Positions 21,059 through 32,887 of a stretch of DNA of 64,000 nt are shown one piece after another. The position numbers and the translations under genes are program-made. The stretch lies in NCBI RefSeq assembly GCF_018350175.1, contig NC_058368.1, positions 120,530,001 to 120,594,000 of the forward strand, given 5' to 3'. Under the pieces are notes generated by a model. The model worked only from the letters and a program-made list of their open reading frames with translations, did no database searches and was not told the DNA's origin. Origin of the DNA: Felis catus. Taxonomy: Eukaryota. Each line of letters starts with the position of its first letter. Positions within the stretch are counted from its first letter, which is position 1.

Positions 21059-23899
21059 ATGAGTAGAGGACCTGAAAAGACATTTTCCAAAGAAGATATT
21101 CAGCTAGCCAACAGGTACATGAAAAGATGCTCACCATCACTAATCATCAGGGAATTGCAAATCAAAATCACAGTGAGATATCACCTCACACCTGTCAGAA
21201 TGGCTAATATCAAAAAGACAAAAAGTAACAATTGTTGTCAAGGATGGGGAGAACAAAGAACCTTTGTGTACTACTGGTGGGATCATCAACTGGTGCAGCC
21301 ACAGTATGGCAATTCCTCCAAAAATTAAAAATAGAAATACCATATGATCCAGTAATTCTGCTTCTGGGTATTATTCAGAAGAAAGTAAAAACCTCACTGG
21401 AAAAGATATATGTACCCCTATGTTTACTGCAGTATTATTTACAATTGCCTTTATCCATCAATCAGTTGACACCTAGGTTGCCTCCATGTCTTAAATATTA
21501 ATCAGCCATAAAAGGAATTAAACCCTTCCCTTCATGAGAACAAAGATGGACCTTAGAGTATTATGCTAAATGCAGTAAGTCAGAGAAAGACATATAATAT
21601 ATAATTTCACTTATATGTGGAATATAAAAAAGAAAACAAATGAACAAACAACAAACAAAAGAAATGAACTCATAAATATAGAGAACAAATTGTTCATTGT
21701 CAGAAGGGAAAGCGGGTGGGTGTATATATTAAATAGTTGAAGAGGAACATGAGATACAAACTACCAGACATAAAATAAATATGTCTTAGGGATGAAAAGT
21801 AGTACATAGGAAATGTAGTAAATGATTAGGTAGCAACTTTTCATGGTGACGGACATTGATGAGCATTGTGGTGTGCAATGCATCTTGTATAGAATAGTCA
21901 GATCAGTATTATACCCCAGAAACTAATATAGTATTATAGATAAAGTATACCTAATTGAAATGTATAAAATATTTAATAGTAAATAGTTTGCTTGCTTTCT
22001 CGAATACAATTTAGATTCCTGCTTTATGTGTGGTTCTGTCAACCTTCAATAAATACCACGGCTACTCCACCCAATTCTTAGAACTTTGACACATTATTTC
22101 ACTTTCATTCTACTTACAGTGCCATTTCTTCACTCCCATCAGATTGACTATGGCTCCCAAATGAGTCATGACATCAGAGCCCCCAAATTTCGCTATCAAT
22201 TCTACTGTCACTTCAGATGACAGTACAAAAACAATGATATACAGATCTGATAACAGATTATAATAACTAGTATCTACAGATTATTTACTGGGATGAAGAC
22301 TTTTCATGAGTGATGGCATTAATCCTTCACAACAGCCCTAATAATAGAGGCACAATTTTACAGATGAGGAGGAATATTGAATCTCAGGTGACAGATGGTA
22401 AGTGACACAACTGGAATTGAAACTCAACACTAACATAAATCAAAGCCATTACAATATCAAATATGTCTAACTAATAGCCTTGCCCCTATTGAAGAAGTCT
22501 GTCCATTAAAAAAAGTTGCCCTAAGAAGAAAACAAATAACAATCCTTAAATGAAAATCGGATGATTGCACCCCTGCCCATCAGCTACAGGGTATCTATGC
22601 TCACATGAACAGATGTATACCCAAAATAGGGCTGCTTCACTTCTGCACTGTTAGGCGCAAGTCAGTATTATGTTGCCTTTATTACTTTAGTCTTTGCTCT
22701 AGGCTTATGTACTCTTTATTTGGGTTTATTGTCTTATTTGGTGAATTTTGTCATTTTGTTTAGTAAATTTTGTTCAGGAGCCCAGAGGCCCTAAAGCCCA
22801 TGATGCAAAAATATGATTATTAAAATGTAGCTATTAATATAAACATCACCAAGACATTATTTTTAAGGGTGGGAGAAAAACAAAATATTGAAAGTATGGT
22901 TGTCAAAGCAAAGTATCACTACTAGTTACTTTTTCTTTTAAATGCCTCCTCTCTGTTCTTTAGGAGATCAAGTTAGGAGAGTCTTACAGGGTAGTTCTGG
23001 AAAAGGAGTTCCACATCAACTGCTTACAAATGGCTAGAGACACAATACAAATATATAACCCATTGCAACTGGAGAAGCTTGTTTATAAACTCAGATGTAC
23101 ATTTATGAATTAATGTATTCATTGGTTATTTCAGCAAAGACATTTAGTTCTCCTGTCTTGCAAAGAGTAAAAGGGTTTGATTGTTGAGCAACCCACTTTG
23201 AAATGTTCACCTTCTCAAAGTATGTCCTTGGTCTGAGACATTATCAATAAAGATGAAGCAGGACACATAAAAGACCAAGTGTTTAGACCTTTGTTGTTGA
23301 CTGAGGAAAAAAAATGGAGTCAACTTTAAAAAGCATAATGGAGGATAAAGTGGAGGTTTTCCCAATTTTTATTGGCTGTATTCCTTCCTCAGAAGCAAAA
23401 CTTGGAGGAGGACAAAAAAAGAAGAGAACTTCCTGTCTTTTACCTACATGCTATCTTGCTTCTCTCTCTCTCATGATGAGTGGAAGGTGGCGACATGGAG
23501 TTTGGAAGAAGGAGGAGAAATCTGATTAAAGACTCAACAGAGTGGCTTTGGAAGGGTTTTCATATCTTTAAAGTTCAGAGAAGACATTAAAGGCTGAGGA
23601 GAACACAGGACTTCCTGTTGCCGCCATCTAAAACATGCCCCAGAGAGTGTCTGCAGCTAATGAGAGATGCTTCTCCATCCTTGGTCAGATATTTGTTACC
23701 TGTCTAGAAAATCTCCAAGGCTGAAGTCAAAACTTACTTTGCTCAATATCAAAACCCCTCATGGAATGTAGCAAACCTGTGGATGCCCAGTCTCACCCCA
23801 AAGGTATACAGTGAGGTTGGCAAGACTGCAGGTTTACAAAACTTCAAAATGATTTTGATGCCTGTCAGGCTTGAGCACCAAGGAAATAATGACAGATAG

Positions 23900-24045
23900 C
23901 AGTGCCTTTAAAATCTCAGGTGAAGCCTTAGCTCTGTGGGGATCTTGATAGAATGTTGATTATGATACAGTAGATTTGAAATTTTGCATTTCTAGCAGAC
24001 TCCTAGGTGATGCTGATGCTCTTGTTCCCTGGACCCCAGTTTGCA
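23900..24045. mobile_element. MER5A-like hAT MITE
   Basis: Motif tgcatttctagcagactcctaggtgatgctgatgct...tggaccccagtttg. Confidence 0.6.
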
Positions 24046-24067
24046 TGGAAAAGGTTTAAAGAATCCA

Positions 24068-24279
24068 TTTTTTAAATGTTTTATTTATTTTTGAGAGAGA
24101 GAGAGAGACAGAGCACGAGTGGGGAGGATCAGGGACAGAAGGAGACACAGAATCCGAAACAGGCTCCAGTCTCTGAGCTGTCAGCTCAGAGCCCGATGCG
24201 GGGCTCAAACTCACAAACTGTGAGATCATGACCTGAGCCAAAGCTGGACACTCAACCGACTGAGCCACCCAGGCACCCC
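24068..24279 (-). mobile_element. Felid Can-SINE
   Basis: TSD taaagaatccatttt 24057-24071/24280-24294. Confidence 0.95.
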
Positions 24280-26898
24280 TAAAGAATCCATTTTGGATTC
24301 AGACTATCTGAATGTGAAAGCTGTGTCAAAAGACCAGTATACTTCTCCCCTTCTAATGTTGGCCCCTTCGTTCTGGATAATAACAATTTAAAAGGGTCAT
24401 TTGATCAGTGGAAGCAGGTTTCTTTGGTTGCCTAATATTGTCCATGCTTTGAATTTAAGTTAAAGCATGTGTTAGGAGAAAGATGATGGACTTTATACAG
24501 ATCTCATTTGCTTCAGAGTTAGAATTCCTCAATCCTTTGCACCTTATTACACCCCTCCCCCAGAACAATGACTTAAATGCCTAGATTCATTTTACAGGGT
24601 AGGTTCAGGAAGGCTAAGGGAGCTTTAACTGGAGAGAAGTCCTGCCACTGGTACCTTTATCTTCTATCCCAGATGGACTTACCTCTGTATCAGTAATACA
24701 TTTTATTTCACCATCTAGTATTACTTCACAAAAAATCAATTTATTTATGTATGGAATAAAAATATAGTGATGCCATTTGAGACCTAGATTAGGTAATTGA
24801 TGGAAAGTTCTTCAATGTGTAGCAAATAGCAAGAGTTCAATAAAGGGCTTATTATAACAGCATTCTTTCTACTTAGTACTCCCTGCCCATTTAGGCAGAA
24901 GATGGCTAGTGACTTATGGAAAAGAAACAGGATGATGTTTACAGAAGCCAGTCTCTTTCTCTGGTTCAGATGGGTAAACTGAGTCTACTCTATTCCAACC
25001 TCTTTTCCTAGTGCTCTTCCCAGCTGTCATGAAGCTGTGTCCATTGTCCAAACATGGACGAGCTCCCCGGATTTCTCTGATAAAAGAAAGAGAAGGAGCA
25101 GAAAACTTTTGTTCTAAGGAGCGTGGATCATTAGTTGCTGACAGTTTACTTCCTGCGCTTGAGAAATGTTTCTAGAAATAATGAGGAAAACTAAAAAAAA
25201 AAAAAAAAAAGAGGAAAAAATGAGTTTATAATTCAGTCTGAAGGTGCAGGACTTTTTATTTGCCAGTTCAGACTTGAGGTAAGACACACAATCTACAAAA
25301 CACACAGTTCTTCATGAGTTCACTGAAAGCCATGGATGCCCAAATACAGACTATTCTGCTTTGGGTAGTGATTAAATTGTTCTTGTTCAAAGGGAATCTG
25401 TTTTTACAACTTTTTTCAACACTCAGCCAAATTCTTTCCTTGTGTTTAAAAGGCCAGATTAATCTGATCTCCGTGCTGTCCATATTTCCTCCTAGTTTCT
25501 CCAGCTAAGCACTTTGAATAATCTTTGCAAGAGGGGAGATTAATGTAAAAGGGATAATGAAACATTTGACTGATATTAGGTGCCTGTCATTCTTCATTAG
25601 CTGCCCCTGAGTCACCTTCTTAAAGCCCTGCAAACAGAATAAAATGGGATATGCCAATAGTCCGTGTAGCATATTAATAAGAAGAAATGTAAACGGGAGA
25701 AGACTTTCATTTTGCCAGAATAAACAGAGCAATATGCACCTCTCCATCTCTCAGCTTACTGGACTTTCTCCAGGGGCTCGGTCCAATTAGCTATTTCATA
25801 TTAATCACTATTTGTGCAGTTGAGTCTTCCTGTGGCAGCTTTCCATTTTCAGTTGCTTGGAAGATCAAAAGACTTTTATATTTGCTTAGATCCTCTACAG
25901 GGTCCAAAAAGGGAAAATAACAATGTTTTGTATGTGTATTAGTACTTACTCTTTTCAAATTAATTCCATGTTTTAGCTCCCTGACCCTCAAATCCCTGAA
26001 GAAATGTTCTAGCCACACATACAGTAGGTCTTAAAAAAAAGTTTTTTTTTCAAACGGAGGGATCTCCATTTGACAGGTAAAGGAAATGAAGCACAGAGAT
26101 TCTAAGGGAAAAAGAAGACAGAAGTATGCAGTGAATTCAGTTAGATGAGCTCCCATTTCTCTTGATAACTTTTGTGGATGCTAATACCTAAGCTAATAGC
26201 TTATAAAAGATTTAATTGAACTACACTGAACAAATGAACTACAAGTAAATGTATGTGATACCAGTCCACACCAATTATAAAGTTAAAATATAGCACTTGT
26301 ATTTTCCGACAGTATTTCCTTCAGCTCTTTTTGTAAAGTTGCCAAATAACCCAAATCAATTTAGTAATTGCTATTTTCATTATTCACAGAACTATTTGGG
26401 GTCAATGTACTTTTAGTCTATACTAAAAAAATGCATTAAAAGGATAACATGTATTGGTTCTTCCTCAGGCTTATCCATGAACCCAATATTTTAGAGAAAT
26501 TAACTTTGTTTTTGAGTTGAAAATTTAGATTCAGTTTCCTTTGAAGCATATATGGATATGACATCCTGAGACTTCCCTTTCCAAGAGTTTGTAATCATTC
26601 TTTTAATGGTTTTTATTACATTTTCAGAAGAGTCATCAGTCCTTTTCTCCTGGATGATACTGCCTTGTTAAAGAGCCTGTATATGCTGGTAAGTATCACA
26701 TGCAGTGTGGTACATGAACCCACCTGTCCTGACCACAGGTGATCGGAACAGAATGGATGCTCTCCTAGATGATCGTTCCCATGGCTTGCAAATACTATCT
26801 GCAACACTGAGTGAGTTGGTTTGGGAAAGACAGGTTCAGAAGCTAATGCTTCCCTGTTTTGAGCAGCCACAGCTGCCTATGAGTGAAGGGAGGAGTTG

Positions 26899-26992
26899 GA
26901 AAAGGAAAGGAGGACAGGAGAGGAGAGGAAAAGAGAGGGGGGGGGGGGGGAGGAAGGGGAAGGGAGGAGGAAGGAAAAAGAAAAAAAAGAGG
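26899..26992. repeat. Polypurine tract with G14 run
   Basis: Direct reading; G run 26937-26950. Confidence 0.9.
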
Positions 26993-27328
26993 TGAACACA
27001 GAAGCAGAGAAAAAGTGGGTACAACGGGCAGTAATTATGGCCAAAGGAATCCAAGAATTTCCCCCACATACTTATAATAGGCTTCCCTTTTGCTTGACTT
27101 GAACTACTTTAGATTTCTTTTCATTTTAATAAGATGATATCTTACACCTTTAGGCAGTATTGTCACACTGTTCTTGGTGGCTCTAACTTCTAAAATGATC
27201 AGAAATATATAATTGCATTAAGAACAAACTACTGTCTTCTAGAGAAGGGCATTGTTTAAGGAGAATTTTATGCTTTACAAATGAAAAGTAATAGATAAAA
27301 AGAACTGCACACACACACAAATCATAGA

Positions 27329-27629
27329 TCACTAAATTCTACTCTGAAACCATTATTACACTATATGTTAACTAACTTGGATTTAAATAAAATTTAAGGG
27401 GCTCCTGGGTGGCTCAGTCAGGTAAGCATCTGACTTCAGCTCTGGTCATGATCTCACGGTTTGTGAGTCTGAGCCCCGCTCTGTGCTGACAGCTCAGAGC
27501 CTGGAACCTGCTTCAGATTCTGTGTCTCCCTCTCTCTCTCTGCCCCTCCTTCTCTCATGCTGTCTTTCTGTGTCTCTCAAAAATGAATAAACATTAAAAA
27601 AAAGTTAATAAAATTTTTTTAAAAAGAAA
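27329..27629 (+). mobile_element. Ultra-short carnivore L1 3' terminus with a Can-SINE (27398-27605) in its A tail
   Basis: ctgaaaccattattacactatatgttaactaacttggatttaaat resembles the L1 terminus at 42860-42900; outer TSD aaatcataga 27319-27328/27630-27639. Confidence 0.82.
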
Positions 27630-27919
27630 AAAATCATAGAAACCCAGGACTGTGAATGAAGAGCCCAACATTTCTCCCACATTTATCTTGTATAGATGCA
27701 GCCAAATAAATTGAGTCCTTAAAAACAGTAGAAAGAATTACAGACTTTGGGGGTTGAGGAGACATATACGGAACTATATGTGATACCCTGTTTTTTTCAG
27801 TAATTCTATTTTCACCAAGTAGACTCATTCAGTAGGACCAGACAGTTTGACATTGAATTTTTTAAAACCATGATACATTTTAGAATAAAAGGGAAGGTCT
27901 AAGATTTTCATTTGAGAAG

Positions 27920-28570
27920 TAGCATGGATCATTGGCTATGGAGGCAGAAAGACCTCAATTTGCATCTTGGTGTGACCTCTTGTTTCTTTGCTATGCTGGG
28001 GAGTTTACTTCACCTCATCTATATGTTGGGCTAATGATAATTCCTCCTTCTTAAAATTGTTATAAAGAAGGCATGAGAAAACGCATGCGATGGTCTAACA
28101 AATAATAAGTGACAATTAGTATAGCTGTTGCCTTTTGGTGCGAGGGGAAAGAAGTGACTGGAGATCTTTTACTATGTGATGTACTTGTGATGTGAATCTG
28201 AGTGGATTTTTATTGAACTTAGAATCTGAACATCATAATATCACTGTACATATGGTATTCTATGGCCTACAGAGCATTTTCATGATGTACTATGACATTT
28301 AGTTCTCCTCACACACTCATTCACTTCTTCCAAAGACATCTGTTAGATGCCTGCCATGTGCCTGATTTTGTGCTATTCAGTAGGGATTCAGCTGTGCGGA
28401 TGACAGACATAGTCCCTGCTCTCCTGGAGCTTAAAGTCCCATAATGCAGAGGCTATTTTTACATTTTATTTTTTAAGATGATAAAAATAAGAACTGGTGC
28501 ATTTAAGGTACTTGTCCAATATTTACACAGTTGGAGAGGGTCAGACGAACATTAAACTTGCAGTCTGACT
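27920..28570. mobile_element. MIR and L2 relics
   Basis: MIR-like core at ~27920-28130; L2 motif gacagacatagtccctgctctcctggagctta. Confidence 0.55.
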
Positions 28571-29936
28571 TGAGAGGTAAAGGAACAGTTGTTCTTTTTA
28601 GATCTCTGGAGGGCGCTCTGCTTCTGAATCTGAGGTGCCTTAGACAGAATTAGAACAAATCATGTTTCTACTGAATATATTTTTACTGATTGAGTTTCAT
28701 TTGCCTGAGGGCTGAAGCCAAGCTGGTGCTATGATTCATAAGTCTCATTTTCCATATGTTTGACTTAGGATTTTCCTTGACAACAGTTGATTAGCCACTC
28801 TTGTGATTTTAACTCACTAATGATAACTTGACCCGATTTCAACTGATTCTCTTGGTTTGAGGCTCCCTGGAAAAAGAAGAACTCCACTGAGAGACCCCCA
28901 GTACAGTAAGCATTGTCAGCTTCAACCAAACCAGCCATCTCCCTTGCCAAACCTGGGGGCAGTACTTTATAGTTGATAGCCCTCTAGTCCTTTACTTAAA
29001 TAACATACTGGTCCAGAATGGAGTAATGAGTTTCCAAATCCTATGCTGCGATAGGTCTGATGATAATGAAGCTCTGGATTACAGTTTTATCATCCAAGTT
29101 CAAGGAGCTTTCTAATGTTTCTGTAATTTCTCTGCTTAACGCCCTCAGCAGTTGTGTACTACAGATGGATGAAATCCAACTTCCTTAACATGGAACCAGA
29201 TCTTTTATGACCTGGCCTTGACATCCCTTTAGAGCTTCATCTTTCACTAGTATTTTCCACATTTCCTTTGTTTCAACACAACCAAAATGATTATGGTCCT
29301 GGGTCCTCAGACATATCACGGTATCCATTATTTCTTCACCTGAAGAAGTTCTGTCTGTAAATATTGACTTGCCATTATTACCCTAATAACTAGACTATAC
29401 TATGATTTTGTTCTATGCAGTGCTCAACTAAAGAGTGAGATCCGAGGCATTCATTTAGGGAGAGTGTTAAAAGATGGCAAATGTCATAAGCTCTTTCCCC
29501 CACTTGATTTCATCTAATTGGCATATAGCTGTTTTAATGAAAATTCACAGAATTCTATTTATCAGAATGATAGGTTGTGGTGAGAAGAAACCAATGTGAG
29601 ATCAGGCTCAGTGGGAGCGTAGGAAGCTTATAAGGTTGAATGAGTTAACATATTCTATTTCAGTGAGTGCCATCTAATGCAACTATGATGGAATTTTGCA
29701 AGACTGTTGGGAAGCCAGGATGTATAAGTGAATGATACAGAAGTCTTAGGTATTAGATATCTAAGCTGGGCACTAAATGAGTGTTGGGCTTTGGGAACCC
29801 AGACAGTGTCCCACCTCTTAACAAATTATATTCTTTTTACAACGTATTTGAAGTGAGAAGAAATTTAGATCCTATATCAAGTCCTTTTGGTGATTCTTCT
29901 AAGAACAACACACTTTGTATTAGAATAGTGCAACTA

Positions 29937-30168
29937 GGGGCAGCTGAGTGGCTCAGTTGGTTAAGTGTCCAACTCTTGATTTCAGCTCAGGTCATGATCT
30001 CAGGGTTTGTGAGTTAGAGCCCCACATTGGACAGCTCGGAGCATGGAGCCTGCTTCTGATTCTGTCTCCCTATCTCTCTGCTCCTCCCTGTTCATTTTCA
30101 TTCTCTCTCGCTCTCTCTCTCTCTCTCTCTCAAAAATAAATAAACATTAAAAAAATTTGAAATAAAAA
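29937..30168 (+). mobile_element. Can-SINE (older subfamily)
   Basis: TSD aatagtgcaacta/aatagtacaacta. Confidence 0.92.
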
Positions 30169-30789
30169 AATAGTACAACTACATGGTTCTTGGCCTCAGT
30201 TTACTGAATTCTATCTTTGGGCAGGAAAATTTCTTATAAAATAAGCAGATGAATGTTAGTAATACAACATTGCAGAGGGTGACCTTAAGGTAAGTCCTAT
30301 AAACACAGATCCTAATAGCTGCAGATATTCATCAAGCATCCAGAAACTTACATATTTTAGTATTCAGTGACAATGATGTAGTCTATAATAAGGAAAGATA
30401 TTTTCCAAATCTGTCAAGCATGCCTCTTTAAAATTCCTTTAAAAAATTATATTCCACATTTAACATTACTCACATTGAAATACTTAAACTGAAAGTATTT
30501 TAATCAATATGAGAAAGACAATCATGGTATAGTAAATCTAATAATCCTAGATGGCTGAATAGTGGATGATCTTGGCTGCATTCATAGTTATTTTTTTTCC
30601 ATCTTTCTTGAAATGACTATCCTTTTCTGTTCAAAGTCTACAAGACTTTGATGTTCATATGCTATTAATGTTATAGAAAATAAAATTATTATATAATATT
30701 CAAAGTAAAGGAAAAGCCAACTTCATCAACAAACCATCAGCATAGGGCAAATTGTAAGATTTTTATAAAAGAGGGTAAAACTTAATGAG

Positions 30790-31030
30790 TTGTTCTAGAA
30801 GCAGATGCCAGGATTTAAATCCTGCTCTATAAATTTCTGAGGGTGTCCTTGAGAGAGTTACTTAACTTTGCTGAACCACCATTTATTCATCTGTAAAATA
30901 AGGGGGTAATACTGGCACCTGTCTCCTAGAGTTGTAATAAGAATTACGTGAACTAATACAGAGCATGTGAAGGCTTAGAAGAGTGATTGGCATGTAGTAA
31001 TTTATTGCTAAATAGCAACTATTACTATTA
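30790..31030 (+). mobile_element. MIR
   Basis: Core gttacttaactttgctgaacc..atttattcatctgtaaaataggggg. Confidence 0.75.
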
Positions 31031-31577
31031 TGACCCAGAGCCAAAGTGAAGTTATTGTTTTATTTTTCAAAGAAACATACTAATCTTTGGAAGCATCAAA
31101 GATCATGGATGAGACATATTATTTCTCAGAACCTGTGTTCAAACATCATTGTGTTTTCCCTGCATTGCTGCTACAGGTTTCCAACTGACGTTTCAGTCTT
31201 ACATCTCTCCAAAAACATTCATCTGGAGTGATCCTTTTATAACTTAGATCCTTGGAGATCTAAACCTTCAGACGGCTCCACCTTTCTCTCATTTCTCTCG
31301 TTATCTCACATTTAATGTTTTCTGACAGAAACACACTCCATTCCACGCTCATAACCCCTCTCTTCCAACACCCAACCCACACAGCTACACAGATTCGCCT
31401 CAAAATTTCTGACCAGTTGTTCAGGCTAAGCACAAACTTCACAATTTATCCAGGAATTTTTTTCTGGTCTTTTTAAGTCATGTCTACATGTACTTCATTT
31501 ACGCTCCTTGACCCCTTGTAGATCCCTGAATCAAGCTAGATTACTAACATTATCTACTGTACCTACTGTACTACTGA

Positions 31578-31780
31578 AGTTTATTTACTTTGAGAGAGAG
31601 TGTGTGTGCATGCATACATGCATGCACAAGGAGGAGGGGGAGAGAGAGAGAATCCCAAGCAGGCTCCATGCTATCAGCACGCAGCCCACTGAGGGGCTCA
31701 AACTCAAGAACTAGGAGATCATTACCTGAGCTGAAATCAAGAGTTGGACACTTAACTGACTGAGCCACCCAGGACCCCCC
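31578..31780 (-). mobile_element. Can-SINE (older subfamily)
   Basis: rc head ...cttaactgactgagccacccaggaccccc. Confidence 0.9.
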
Positions 31781-32329
31781 ACTATTGTAGAAGTAATAGT
31801 AAATTCGCTTTTCCAGCAAAATCTCAAAGAATAGGGGGCAATAAAATTGAGAATACTGTAAATGATCACTAATATACTGAAATTGAAAGCTCAATGGAGT
31901 ATTTTAAAAGGAGTATGAACATATCATTACTATCATGCTTAATATTTATGTTTTAAGATGATCTATGTGATGGTATTGCTATGGAGTATAAAAGAACAGT
32001 GAAATATGGACATGAAACAACGGTCATCACCATGTAGCCCCAATACAACATCCTGGCTCCTTTCCCAAGACTCCCCTCTTGATTGTTATTATCTAACCAT
32101 TTTGCATATTATGTGATCCTCTGAATTTACCTTCCATATGCCACAGCCTCTGAGCATTTACATGAGATGCTCCTTTTGCCCAGCATGCATGTTCCACATT
32201 ACTCTGTCTGGTGAGAACCTGCACATCCACAGAGCAGCCCACATGTCACCTTCCTAGCCATATCTCACAACAAATCCTGATCTTCCCCCATGCCTATCTC
32301 TACCCAAAAGAGTTATTCAGTCCACACCT

Positions 32330-32525
32330 TTCTGTCTAGTACGGTAGCCACAAACCAAGAGCTGTGTGCAGCAATATAAATTAACGTTAAATAAAATTTA
32401 AAATTCAATTGCTCAGTCACAATTAGCCACATTTCAAGTGCTCAGTCATGACATAAGCCTAGTAGCTAGTATCTGGAGTAGTGCAGAATATTTCCACCAA
32501 GTTCTACTAGAAAGTACTAGTCTAG
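32330..32525. mobile_element. MER33/MER3-like hAT MITE
   Basis: Motif ctcagtcacaattagccacatttcaagtgctca. Confidence 0.65.
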
Positions 32526-32668
32526 ACCTGGTAACTAGTATGCCGTCACATAGAGGCACTCAATAAATAGTCTATGATAGAATGCGTGTTGAATAAACTA
32601 GTTTTTCTATTATAGTCCTTGCATCTATCAGAATTCTGTCAAGAAATAAAGTTCAACTCTGTTGTTTC

Positions 32669-32887
32669 TTTTTATTTTATTTTTTAACGTTTATTTATTT
32701 TTGAGACAGAGAGAGACAGAGCATGAACGGGGGAGGGTCAGAGAGAGAGGGAGACACAGAATCTGAAACAGGCTCCAGGCTCTGAGCGGTCAGCACAGAG
32801 CCTAATGCGGGGCTCGAACTCACGGACCACGAGATCATGACCTGAGCCGAAGTCGGACGCTTAACGACTGAGCCACCCAGGCGCCCC
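32669..32887 (-). mobile_element. Felid Can-SINE
   Basis: Perfect 16-bp TSD tcaactctgttgtttc 32653-32668/32888-32903. Confidence 0.96.

Larger units (their letters stand above)
12940..21960 (+). mobile_element. Near-full-length decayed LINE-1 with multiple nested insertions
   Basis: 5' UTR-like sequence similar to 42050-43200, ORF1 end (LQEMLKGFL*), ORF2 endonuclease peptide (16242-16739), later ORF2 peptide (19385-19819), 3' UTR ending ~21960. Confidence 0.85.
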
